Below, in pieces: positions 30,101-42,905 of a stretch of DNA of 64,000 nt. Numbering within the stretch: position 1 is the first letter of the stretch; each line of letters opens with the position of its first letter. A model generated the notes under the pieces. The model was given only the letters and a program-made list of their open reading frames with translations, ran no database searches and was not told where the DNA came from. The translations under genes were made by a program, and so were the position numbers. This DNA comes from the human T2T-CHM13v2.0 reference genome, Homo sapiens: assembly GCF_009914755.1 (NCBI RefSeq), contig NC_060937.1. The stretch is one strand, 5' to 3'.

Positions 30101-33024
30101 CAGGGACGTCTGTCTCTGCTTCTAAGGCCACCTGCCCAACTGCTCTTCCTCTCCAAGGCTTGTTTTCCAAACAATTTGCTTAATATGATTCCTGGGTGAG
30201 TTGAACACAACTAATCTTGCTTACCCAGGTAATCCTGCTGCCTCCCAGCAGGTAGGGTTGGAAACAAGCCCAGGAAGAAGAAATGCCTCGGATGTGCCGA
30301 TTCACTGCCCTGGCATCGTCCTTTCTCTTGCAGAGCCAGAAATGCCTTCAGAAATGGGGGCAATGGGAGCCCGGCCTCAGGACCTTGTCTGGATGAGGGG
30401 CATTGTTCTCTGAGTGCCCACGTGGGCAGAGAAAGTGCATGTGGATGTTGGTGGGCTGTGGAGCCCCCTCACTGCCCATGCCAGTGGGGTGCAAGGCCAA
30501 CCTCGTGGCACTGGGAAAGGCTGGATCTCTCAGGATCTCTGCTAAGGCTGCGCTCTTTGGACATGGGGGCCAGCTGGGAACTTGTTCTCTGAAGGATGAG
30601 TGCTCAGGCCTCATCCCTCACCTTCTGGGCTCAGGCAAGCCGCTGGCCCAGATCCTATGCCAACAAGGCTGGGGAGCTGCCTCTGTTCCCTTCTGGGGCA
30701 GACCTGACTCCTTCAGCTGCTCCGAGTTGGCCCAGAGGCAAGGGTCTGTCTTCCCCTGGATGTCACAGCTTTTATGAGAAACAAGCTGGCCACTCACCAT
30801 GGATGGAGACAGGCTGAAGGGGACCTGCAGTCAGGCTATGCTGGAAGGGGGACTCATAGCACTGGGGGTGCTGGGCAGCCAGGGGGTGCCAGGACGACAG
30901 GTGACTCAACCAGGCGACTGGTCCCAGCCTTTCCCTTGACCCCTAGGCTGCAGGTCCCTCCAGGACAACACTGGAGCATGTCCTCCCAGTGAACCTCACT
31001 AGAGGGATGTGCGCTCTGAAAACACTTGGCAGAAGGACTTGCTCTGAGGGTTTTAGAGCCGTTTCTGTGGATGCTGTGACCTTGAGTCACTTTGGATCCT
31101 CCCAGCCTCCCTCCTAGTGCTGATCCCCTAAATGGGGCTCTGCTCCGGATACCATCCTTACCCCAGGCGGCAGCCTGGGCCTGGGCCCTGGCCCGGGATG
31201 GGCTGCAGAACAGCTCCCCTGTGTCCTAAGGCCCAGAGCAGCAAGAAGTGCTGCTTTCTGGCCACCTCCTCCCCCTCCTCATCTAGGCCTGGGTCTGGGT
31301 GTGCTGCAGGCCAGGATTCAGGGCTTTACCCAGGCTGTGGACAAGAGGAGTGATGAGAGCTGAGCACACTTATCTGAGCAACGGCATGAATTTCAGGGCA
31401 CCTGGCTATGGGCCCTCAGGCACCTTGGAAAGAGTGGGAAGAGCCCTGGGGCACCCCATTAGGCACCCCACAACCAATACACAGCCACAGTGGTCAATCC
31501 AATGGCCCCTGGGGAAACTGAGGGCCCAAGAGAAAGATTTAAGATGGCTTATTGGGAAGCCAAGTCCTCTCTCCTGGGACCCTGTGGTGGGTACAAGCTA
31601 GGATAGGGACCCTAGCTTTATACTAGGACTAGATTTATGCTTCTCTGAAACACTCAGTCCCAGGGCCAGCCCCCAGGAGGACTGAGCCCCTTCCAGTAAC
31701 ACTGAGCCCCTTCCAGGCCAGGCCCAGGTCCCAGGGCTCTGGGCTGCAAGGACAAGGCAGCCTGATGAAAGAGTCCCTGCCCGGCGTGGGGGCGGGGCCC
31801 AGGACCCAGCCCACCTCGGTCGGTCCCTCCTCTCTTTCTCATGCCTCAGTTGCAGCCAAGGCCTTCTGCTTGGCCACCCCAGGCTGGATGCTGTGGACTC
31901 CTGGTCCCCTCCCCTCTTGCCCAGCCCGCAGCCAAGGCCAGGCCCTCAGGTGAAGCAGAAGACTGGTCCCAGGGTCCCTCCCCAGAATTCCACCCCATGA
32001 GCCTTTCCACCCTCTCCAGAGGTACCTGGGCTTGACACTGTGCCCACCTGCTCCATAGCAGTGGCTTCCCAGGGCAGATCCTCTGAGACATGGCCCTCAA
32101 ACTCTCTCCCATCTCTACTGCTGCCCCTCCCACAGCCTCCTTCCCTGCATTCTCGTGGTTTATGCCTCAGCCCACTGGCTGTGTTCTTTTAGCTCCTGGC
32201 ACCTCACCCCTTCCTGCCATCATGTTCTTCAGCTCCCTGAGGAGCCTCTGGGGTCCCACGGTCCTGGAATCACTGAGTGCCGTGGGAGTGCAGGGTCCAG
32301 TGCGGGAGTAAGAGCCCAGTGCACATCGGGAGCACAGCCCTGCAGGGGGAGCTGCATCAGGCCAGGACACCCCCACACCCAAACACTCACATCATCTGGG
32401 CCCTCCTGGGGGCCTGATGGCAATAGAGGTGGCCTGTCTGCCTTGGGCAACCCCTCCCAGTCACCCTTAGTTCTGGCAGGAGTCCCCTGGCCTCAGCCCC
32501 ACTCATCCCAGGAGGATAAAATGAGGTGACACCCTTCTGGGACACTGCAGAGGTCAAGCCCAGTACCATGAGAATTAGTGGCTGCTGGGAGTCATGGCAG
32601 CTGGATGGTGGCTGGACGAAATCCCCAGGGATGGTCCTCAGATCCTCTTCCAGGGACCCCCACCCTATTTATGACCTGTGCTAAAGCTCATGATACCCCG
32701 TTTTCCAGAGGCTGAGGCCAGTGGATCCTGGCTGGACACCAAGTCCATGCCCCTCCACCCTCAGGCAGAGGCTTAGTCAGTGCACACAGGCTCCCCTGTG
32801 ATTATTCAGAAGCGACAGAGGCTGACTACAGCTCACCTAGAAGACCACAGGGGCCTCTTGTCTTGGTCCCTGGAAGCGGCTGGGCCCTGGGGGTGGTGGT
32901 CAGAAAGGCGTGTGGTGCTCTGCCCTTTACCTGAGAAGGCCTTCCATCCGCTCCTCCGAAGGGCCCTGCTGCCTCCTGCCACTTCTGTCCACCTAGCCTT
33001 TGCCATGGCTATGCCCCCTGCCTG

Positions 33025-34022
33025 GTGCAAACCAGAGTTGTTTGTCCCTCCCTGTGGGTTCGTGGTCTTGCTGGCCTCAGGAGTGAAACTGCAGACCTTC
33101 ACGTGAGTGTTACAGCTCATAAAGGTGGCACAGACCCAAAGGGTGAGCAGCAGCAAGATCTATTGCAAAAAGCAACAGGACAAAGCTTCCACAGCGTGGA
33201 AGGGGACCAGAGGGGTTTGCCGCTGGTGGCTCTGGTGGCCTGCTTTTTTTATTCCCTTATCTGGCCCCACTCACATCCTACTGATTGGTCCATTTTGCAG
33301 AGATCTGATTGGTCCGTTTTACAGAGAGCTCATTGGTCTGTTTTGACAGAGTGCTGATTGGTGCATTTACCAACCTTTAGCTAGACACAGAGTATTGATT
33401 GGTGCATTTACGATCCTTTGGCTAGACACAAAAGTTCTCCAAGTTCCCACCCTAAGATTAGCTAGACATAGAGCCCGGCCCTGATTGGTGTGTTTACAAA
33501 CCTTTAGCTAGACACAAAGTGCTGATTGGTGCGTTTACAATCCTTTAGCTAGACACAGAGCGCTGATTGCTGCATTTACAATCCTTTAGCTAGACAGAAA
33601 AGTTCTCCAAGTCTGCACCCATCCCAGAAGCCCACTCGGCTTCACCTCTCACTGGCACTCGTAGCGGGACTTTGCGGCACCTAGCCTGGGCACTCTGGCA
33701 GCCCAGAGGGAGCTCATCCCCCGATCAAGCCCAGCAGGTGCTTGCCGGCTGTGTGGAGTGCGGGGCCTGCCCAGCCTGTGCCCACCCGGAACCTGTGCCA
33801 GCTGCGAGTGCCTGTAGGCACAGCCCCAGCTCCCGCCAGTGTCTCTCCCTCCACACCTCTCTGCAAGCAGAGGGAGCTGGCTCCAGCCTTGGCCAGCCCC
33901 AGAGAGGGGTCCCCACAGCGCAGTGGCAGGCTGAAGGGCTCCTTGAGCATGGCCAGAATGGACGGCGAGGCCAAGGAGGCACCAAGAGCGAGAGAGGGCT
34001 GCTAGCACTTTGTCACCTCTCA
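33025..34022 (-). mobile_element. LTR12-family solo LTR (HERV-9)
   Basis: Minus strand begins tgagaggtgacaaagtgctagcagcc; tandem ctgattggtgcatttaca..gctagacacagag enhancer repeats 33280-33600; GATA and AATAAA-type TATA at ~33245-33262. Confidence 0.92.
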
Positions 34023-34369
34023 CCACCACAACCAAGTCAGACCCAGCCAGCCCTCTCCACCCAAGTGCCCATTCCCAACAACTCCATCTGCAGGGCCCTG
34101 TCCCACGCCCCAGCCACCTCCCCTCCCCGCATTGTCCGCTACTTCATGCCTGGGGGTCCCAGGTGGTCTCTGCAACACAGAGTGAGAAAGCTCGGCCCGG
34201 GAACCATGGCGGGTGTGGGGGCCCTGCTGTGCTCAGCATTCCCGAGTAAACACTGTTTGCCTGCTGCGCTGGACCACGAGCAGAAAGAAGTCGCCCTCTA
34301 GAGTAGGGAGTCCAGGAAGAGGAGAATGGCCCCTTCTTTGGAGGCCACTGCTGTTTGCTGCCACCTCTG

Positions 34370-34840
34370 CTGCCCACCACCACACCACCAGCAGTGCAGC
34401 CCCGAATAGCTCCCCGACCCGTCCCTGCCATGGGCATTCCAGTGCCTGTTAGTGCCTCAAACTGCCCCCTCCCAGGCAGACAGTGCAGCCCCATAGCACC
34501 CCCAACTTGCTCCCTACTGCAGCCCAGACAGCCCCCCCAAACTGCTCCCCCCGCCGGCCACCACTCACTGCCAGTATCGTAGCCCCGGATAGCTCACCCA
34601 ACCCATCTCCCCACCACTGGCAATGCTCAATAGCGGACACAACCTGCTTCCCTGTTCCCCCGCACTCCACCGGCAGTGTAGCCCCTCATACGCTGCTAAC
34701 CCGCCCCACTGCCAGCAATGCAACCCTGGATAGGGTCCCAAACCAGCCCCCCCGTGCCACAGGCAGTGCACACATGGGCGGTGCAGCCCTAACAGCACCC
34801 AAACCCGCACTCCGTGGCTGCCCAGATAACGCGCCTACCC
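34370..34840 (+). repeat. Degenerate C-rich ~45-50-bp tandem repeat
   Basis: Recurring cagtgcagcccc..tagcacccccaaac..gccccc units. Confidence 0.75.
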
Positions 34841-35487
34841 TGCAGCCTACCACTCTGGCTGAGCTGAAGTCTCCGTCACTACCAACTGCAGCCTCCGTCG
34901 CCACAAACCACAGTGAAGCAAGCTACAGTGGTGCAGGCTCCAGCCTCCAGCATGCTCCCTCTACACGCGTTTTCTAAGCCGAGCACGCAGCACTCAGTCC
35001 AGCAGACGCCGAAGAGGCTGGAACGCTGGGAGGCCCCCTCAGCATACCTTGTATACTGAGATTATGGGAATGAGGTTCCTGGACTCTATGTTCAGATTGG
35101 ATGAGAGAAAAATTTCTAGGCCTACTCTGATTGGACTTTATTTTCATGCTCTGATTGGTTGTTCTAAGACCTGCTCTTATCCAATCAGAACATGATAATA
35201 AAGCCCAATCAGAGTAGGCCTAGAAGTTTTCTCTGATCCAATCAGAACATGTAGTCCAGAAACGTCATTTGCATAACCTCAGTATATATATGTAATGCTG
35301 AAGGCAGCCCATTCTCTGCTTTGCCTTGTCTTCCCGAGTAGCTGCTCCATTCCCGGCATAGAGGATCAGGAGAGGGGACGCCACCTGCCACACGCTGGAT
35401 GCTGGGGTCCGCACGACTGCGGCTTGTGTCGCTGTGGTTGGTGGTGGTGATGGAAACTGCAGCGTGGCTGGAGTGGTAGGAGCAGGG
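34838..35487. promoter_or_regulatory. Imperfect palindrome: back-to-back CCAAT-box promoters with BAGE-exon-1-like leaders
   Basis: ATTGG at 35096, 35130, 35154 mirrored by CCAAT at 35181, 35205, 35238; ATTTGCAT 35267-35274 and TATA at 35283; arms align as reverse complements. Confidence 0.75.
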
Positions 35488-35489
35488 AA

Positions 35490-36915
35490 ATAGTTTTGGG
35501 GTAGATGGAGGAGTAAGGGGGTGCTGAGTGCCAAAGGGAAAAGAAGATGGCAGGGCGAGCAGGAGAAGGCATTGCAAAAAGACGGTGGGGAAAATATGGT
35601 GGGAAAAAAGTGGGTAGATGGAGGCAGAAAAACAGGGTGGTGAACAGGAGGGAGAGCTTTTGCAAAAAGATGGTGGGGAAAAGATGGTGGGTAAAAAGTT
35701 TTTCAGCCAGATGCGGTGTCTCAGGCCTGTAATTCCAGCACTTTGGGAGGCCAAGGCCGGCAGATCACCTAAGGTCAGGAGTTTCAGACCAGCTTGGCCA
35801 ACATGGAGAAACCTTGTCTCCACTAAAAATACAAAATTAGCCAGGCATGGTGGTGCATGCCTGTAATCCCAGCTACTCAGGAGGCTGAGGCAGGAGAATT
35901 GCTTGAACCCGGGAGGCGGATGTTGTGAGCCGAGATTGCGCCATTGCACTCCAGCCTGGGTAACGAGCAAAAACTGCATCTCAAAAAAAAAAAAAAAAAA
36001 GGTTTTTGGGTAGATGGAGGGGGAAAAGTGGGTGGCAAGTGAGAGGAGGAAAGGGAGGATGGTGAGGGGGTGGAAATGAGGTGGAACAGGAGGGAGAGAA
36101 GGTTTGCAAAAAGATGGTAAGGAAAAACAGAGTAGGAAGAAAAAGACAGGTGGGGAGAAAGATTGTGGGTAGATGCAGGGGGGAAGAGGATGGCAAGTGG
36201 GAGGAGAAAAGAGGGTGCTGAGAAAGGACGGTGCTGAGAGGGAGGGGGAAGAGAGGATGGTGAGCGGGAGGTAGAGGTGGTTTTGCAAAAGAATGGTGTG
36301 GAGAAAAGACTGGAGAGAAAAGTTTTTGGGTAGATGGAGGGGGATAAGAAGGTGGCAAGCAGGAGAGGGAAAAAGTGGGTGGCGAGCTGGAGGGAGAGAA
36401 GGTTTTGTGAAAAGACAGTGGGCGGAAAAGACCATGGAGAAAGAAAAAACAGTGAGGAAAAAGTTTTTGGGTAGATGGAGGGAGGAAAGAGGGTGGCAAG
36501 CAGGCTACAGGAAAGAAGAGGGTGAGCAGGAAATGGGGAAGGCTTTGTGAAAAGAGGGTGGGGAAAAATTCGGGGGGTAGATAGATAGGGAAAGAGAGTG
36601 GTGAGCAGGAGTGGGGAGAAAGCTTTGCAAAAAAACGGGAAAATGTTTTTGGATAGATGGAGAAGGGAAAGAGGGTGGCAAGGAGGAGGGGGGAAAAGAC
36701 AATGGGGAAAAGAGGTTTTGGGTAGCTGGAGGGGAAAAGAGTGTGGTGAGCAGCAGGAGTGGAGAGAAGGCTTTGGGAAAAGACAGGGGAAAGTGTTTTT
36801 GGGTAGATGGAGGAGCAAAAGAGGGTGATGAGAGCAGGAGGGGCTGGCCAGGGAGGGGGGGAAATGATGATGGGGAAAAAACGGTGGGGAAAGTTTTTGG
36901 GTAGACGCATGGGGA
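35490..36915 (-). repeat. Degenerate GA-rich tandem repeat (inverted paralog of 19457-20150), ~11 units, interrupted by an Alu
   Basis: Recurring gtttttgggtagatggag and gctttgcaaaaagacggtgggg. Confidence 0.9.
35706..36000 (+). mobile_element. AluS (Sp-like) inserted in the GA repeat
   Basis: Full Alu with long A tail; aacatggagaaacc. Confidence 0.93.
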
Positions 36916-36959
36916 AAAGCATAATAATACCATCACCATTATTTGTGCAAGCCATTGGA

Positions 36960-37090
36960 GTGAAACTATCTGCATCATTGTGTTTGACGCTCATAAAAAC
37001 CCTGTGAAGTTGGTCTGATTATAATTTACAGACAGGGAGGCTAAGGCTTAGAAATAAAGTACTTTGCCCTGTATTCTCAACTGCTTCTCT
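36960..37090. mobile_element. MIR fragment
   Basis: aaccctgtgaagttgg..tttacagacagggaggctaaggcttaga..ctttgccc. Confidence 0.6.
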
Positions 37091-37791
37091 CAGGTGGAAC
37101 TAGGGAAAATCAGCATGCAGAGGTGTGACCTGTGGTCTGACTCAGCCTTGCGTGGTTTGGAGTTTGTTGCTGTGGTGTCTGACCGTACATGCCAAAAGGC
37201 ACACCCTGCATTGTATCACATCAGATTTAATGTTCCTTGCTGGCATTTTTGCTGTTAAACGTTTTTCATTGCTCTTTAAGGAAGGGCATTTAGTGAGGAG
37301 GAGGCTCTTGGCATTGTCACTCACTTAGCTGTTTTTCTAGATACCTAGAAGCTCTTTTTATGTTAAAAGTTTTAACTTTTTAAGAATTTAAAGAATTTTT
37401 GAGTTAGGAGATTATCCCCGTGTGCACTTTAAAACAGTGACCCAAGTGCTCTAACACCTAGAGGACTTAAATGAGGATTTCCAGCTGGTTGTGGCAAGCT
37501 ATTGGTGGTGGTGTTGGCATAAAAATGCAACATGTGCTTGCTGTATTAGTAATTCATCCATATGCCCACTTCTCATTTTTATAGAAGGCTGAAGAAGTGC
37601 ACATGTCCAATCAAGAGTATTAAGGAAGAGTGAATTGGAGAAAGTACAAAATTGAACATACAAGTATGTAAGAAAAAAGCTGTTCTCTCTCATAGGCTAA
37701 ATGTGTTCTTAGAATGGAAAATGGCTTGTAGCTAATGCTAGAGAAACAGAACAAACAATGTAGAATCACTGATGAAAGTTAGATTTACTAA

Positions 37792-38090
<299 letters not shown>

Positions 38091-40629
38091 GAAAATTTAT
38101 TTTTAAAAGCCCTTGAGTCGTGCCAAAGCTGTTGTCTCTCTTTACCCATTTGTACAGCAGAAGAGAAACTGTCTTTAAAATCTGTCTGCCTGGATAAACT
38201 CAAAGGAGCCTTTACAGAAAGGTAAATGAGAAATCAAACATTTGTATGATCTAGGCGCATAGATGATTAATGTTCGCATTGAGCCTGATGTGGATGGATC
38301 TCCACAATGTGTGCTCACCGCAGGGCTGGACATGGGCCATCCTGTTCTGTCGGGGCTTCTGATTCGTCCCCTTCACTTTAGAGATAAGCCTCCTGACATT
38401 GTTATTTAGACTCACTGCCTCTCCTTCAGCCCCTCCTGCTCACACATCAGTCTCCGGAACCCTGCCTTCCATAACTTCGTTGTTTTCATGACAGTTTAAT
38501 AACTAATTTTATTCCTGGAGAAATGTTGTTCAGGGGGATTGCATATGCTCTTCTTGTTAATATAGAAAGATGGATGAATCAACCTAATTACTATACAAAA
38601 ACAAATGAAAAGCTTATTAAATAAATGTTCTTATTATACTATATATGGAAATGTACCTGTAGTTTAGTATATTTTTTCTAATTTAAGAATAAGATATATA
38701 CGTGTGTGTATATATGTGTATGTATGCTATAAACCTCTCATATTTAAATATGGATCACAGATCTCACATAGTAGGAAAGTTCTTTCAACTTAATTTTATT
38801 TTATGTTAAGACTGTAGACCACTGTTATATTAGAGTGTCTGTATCATAGCTAAGTTATATTTTTCAAAGTAAGCCAGTCTGTGGCTGGCTGTTCTTAGCT
38901 GGCAAAGGCCGAAGCTAATTCTGAAGCACAGGGCATTTTTGTTAGCAGATTGTCCTGAGTGATGGAAATTGCACTTGGGATGAATGCCAGTTCATCTGGA
39001 TTACCTAGAATTCCTTGGAGGCTATGGTGGAAAGGATCAGCTGCTCTCTGAGAGTGGGAAACACTCTTACTCTCAGTAATTCTCTGTTGTGTGCTGGTGT
39101 GGGTCAAATATGTAAGACGCGTCTTATTTACATTTGCTTTGACTCAGCTGCAGAGAACCCAAGCCCCAGTCCCACCAGCAAATCTTCTCCAGGTGGACAG
39201 CATATCTGAAATGGCATACAGGAAGGGAAAGGATGACAAAGGGTCTGGAAGCTCTCACTAACGTCACAGTCTGCCTTTCCTCAGCTTCCTTGTTTTTAAA
39301 ATAAGGGCTGGAGAGACATGGCAAATAAGGGCCCTTTTAGTATTAGCATTTCAGTCTTTTTCTGAAGGTATTAGGAGAGAATTAATGATTTATCACCACC
39401 TCCTTCATTACTTCTGTCAAACTCTGCTAGAAGTAAGGGAAAGCATCCTTTCTTTGTTTCAGCACATTCACACAGACTGGCTAATGAGACCCCACACTGA
39501 AGAAGCCTAGAACTTCCACAGACTCCCTGAAATCTAAGTCCTCATTTTTAACATACAGCTTTTAATACTAGCTTCAGAAGTCCCGGATCCCTGCAAAGGT
39601 AAATGTTTTATTTTCTATATATTCAGAGAAACCATTCTCTGAATCTGTGCATTGCTCCTGGCAGGAAGCAAATGTCAGCTCATTCCTGTGTAATTGATAC
39701 GTGACATCTTAGTTTCAAGGTTCAGCCAAAGTACTTACTAATAGATTTTAGATGACAGCTATGGAGCTTTTTCTGTCATCCTTCAGTGGGAAAATCAGAA
39801 GGATAGAACTCTTGATGTTGAGTTTTGATGCCCTTATGGTAGTTTTGGAGAGAGAAAGCTCAAAACAATGTTAAGAAAAAAATAGAATACATACATATGA
39901 ATTACGTTTTACTTATCTGTTTAATGAATGCAAATTTGTTGATTTGAGAGGTAAAGTGACTTTTAAATCATTTTTATAAAATTCCGTTAAACTGAGGATT
40001 ATGTATGAAAGTACCAGAATGATGCATGGGGCACAGTCACTCAGCAAATGTTAATACCATTTTTTATAGCATGTATTTGAAGGGCGATTATTTGTAATAA
40101 TCTCAGGAACATTTGTCTCTTCATATGAGCTGCTGTCATGCAAATAAGGATAATCAGACTGTCTTAACTAAATGTTGGCTAGTTTCACTCAGGGTTTTCT
40201 TAGACTAGGGTTTGGTGAAATGTAAGAGCTCTGAAGATGAATCATCCTGTTAATGAGAAAATAGACTTGGCCTAGGTAGCCCATTGCATTCTTTTTGGTC
40301 TGTTTTCCTTTAAATTCAGGTTTTTTAAAAAGCATAAACACTAATGTCATCAGGTGGTTTGGTCTTGAAGCTGTCCTTGTAAACTCTAGAAGTCATGGGA
40401 AACATGAGGCATGTAGTAGGTGTTCCTTAGATTTGCTCAGGCCAAGAGCTCTTTAGAAGTAAAATATGTTTTACTCCTTTAAGGGATAGGCCTGCCTATC
40501 TCGGTAGTTAGGAAAACTTGCTAGTGGTTGTTACATTTTCACAAGAAGCTCTGCACAACAGAGCCTTATCTCCTGGCTTGGTAGCTGAGTCTCCTCTTGA
40601 TAGTTTCCAAACAGCTTAAAATGCAGGGC

Positions 40630-42002
40630 TGTGTTAACTGCTGACGGTGTGGAGAAAAGATGTTTAACCAGGCCAGGGTGACAACTATCACTGTTTATAT
40701 TCTCAGTAAAGTTTTAATTATGAAAAAGGATTTGTGAAGTTGGTCAAGCCATAGCCAATCTGGTGTGCTTTGAAAGACTTTTGTATGTATGGTTCTATCA
40801 GGGAAGAGGGGCATCTTAGGATGTGATGTAGGCCCAGGACTCCATAGGCCTGCTATTGAAGCCAGCCTGGCAAACTGGGCAATGGCAAACCTTTGCTGCA
40901 GCCCTCCACCTTGTTTAACCAACCTCCTTGGGAGTGTGACCTGTAACCAGGTGGCAATGTTCTGTTTTAGCCTCTGCCATTTTACAGTGGTGGCCTGGGT
41001 GCAGTCCTGACTTAGGGAATGAGTCCTTTCTGGTTTGATATCTGCTTGACCTTTGCCATTTGTTGATTCTCTTCCCCTCCACAAATCACCTTGAATTTTC
41101 CTTGCTCTGAACATCTAGGAGGTTACTTTTGGTAAAGCTTGAAAGTCAGAAATATTGGCCACGTGGCGTGACTAAAGTCAGGTAATAAGGAATTTAAAAG
41201 GCTTTTCTTAAAGAGTGCTCAGCTTAATTAAAAGGGAATATCCAAGTTACAGGTATGTTTAAAAGGCCTTTATGTTTTTCTCTTCCTGGATCTTGTTTTG
41301 CTGGAGAAAGGTTTTTCCTCAATCAACTGAATTATTTTTCTCCATTTTGCCTTGCCACTTTTAATGCACGTATGAGAGGCCCTAAGATAATTTCTCATGG
41401 CCTGGGACTCCTTGGAAAAAAACAGAAAAGTTGCCATGGATTCCACTGTGGGAGAGACCTCTGTTTTCCTCATGGAGGCCCAGGAATTAGAGGAGGATAA
41501 ATCCCTCTCAAAAATCTGTTTTTGTCTTCCAGCTATACCTGTTTATTAGGTCCCTAGAAACTGCATGCTTTCCTAGTCTTGCTCTTAAAGGGCTCCACCT
41601 AGGGGCCAGTAATCCAATTGGGAGATTGGCAAATGAAAAATCCTATAGCTACTGGATCTTCTGTGTAGTTATACATGTGTTGTGTGTGTGATGTCTATGA
41701 AAAGCTCCAATTAGTTGACCCTAAGAAGGGTAATCACTAGCATCAAATATTTTTAAAGGGGAAAAAAAGCTATGGTACCTTTTGGTTCATGTGACTTTAA
41801 TCTTTGAGAAATAAAAACAAAGATTATTGGTGAAATGCAAATGTCATCAAAATGTAAATTCTTTTTTCCTGGAGTTAGATTGCTTTGAACTAGATAAAAT
41901 GGTTTAAACAAGTTATGGAAGATTTCTAAAAAATTAATCTTGCAAAAGAAAATCTGTGTGTGAACGTTGACTAAATTCAAAAGGGTTATAAAAGGTTTTT
42001 GC
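40630..42002. mobile_element. ERV1 (MER4-group-like) non-coding internal fragment
   Basis: Typical MER4-group internal motifs (gggtgcagtcctgacttagggaatgagtcctttctggtttgatatctg; agctactggatcttc); no retroviral ORF; subfamily not determined. Confidence 0.6.
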
Positions 42003-42288
<286 letters not shown>

Positions 42289-42810
42289 TCGTCTCAATTC
42301 TTAAAAAATAAAAATTCTATTACATCATTACAGCTTTTGTAGAATAAGAGTAGTTTACAATCTTGGACTTACAGAATACCAGACTGAAATCTTTGTTCAG
42401 TGTCCCATAGACTTAAGCTTTGTATGTGTTACTAGTATCTGTGGCATTCAATGGCCTTGTACAAATATGAAATGTTGCTTAGGCATATCTTTCATCCTAT
42501 GCAGAACCTTTCATTTTGACTTTTATGAAAATTGTAATTCATATAATTTATGTAAAGTTTTTAAATGTAGAAACTTTACTTCCACACTGAACTTTGGAGT
42601 CATTTCAGTAAAAGGCTTTAATACTCTGCCCTCTGTGCCTCCACACCTACCATTTCCCCCCCTTTTTTTCTTCTTTGAGTGAAATGGTATTGAGCTGTCT
42701 GGTCTATACGGAAGAATAGGTGTCTATATTCTTACTCTCTATTCTAACACAATAATGACATTTTCCTTTTATTTTCTCAGTTGTGAGTTAATCACTTTTT
42801 TTAAAAAAAG

Positions 42811-42905
42811 GTTTGAGATAGTGTTACTCTCTGTCACCCAGGCTGGAGTGCAGTGGCACAATCATAGTAGCTCACTGCAGCCTCAACCTCCTGGTGCAAG
42901 ATAAT
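42811..42905 (-). mobile_element. Alu fragment
   Basis: ctgtcacccaggctggagtgcagtggcacaatc. Confidence 0.85.

Noticed and set aside
27400-33000. SNX18, SOWAHC, IRX1 or LSP1 pseudogene (typical neighbours of ANKRD20A copies or 13q12)
   Set aside because: None of the six-frame translations matched those proteins as I recall them; the dense overlapping ORFs reflect high GC content.
35242-36994. Longest ORFs in the window (397, 337, 313 aa)
   Set aside because: Arise from the GA repeat plus an antisense Alu read-through; open in all three frames, so compositional.
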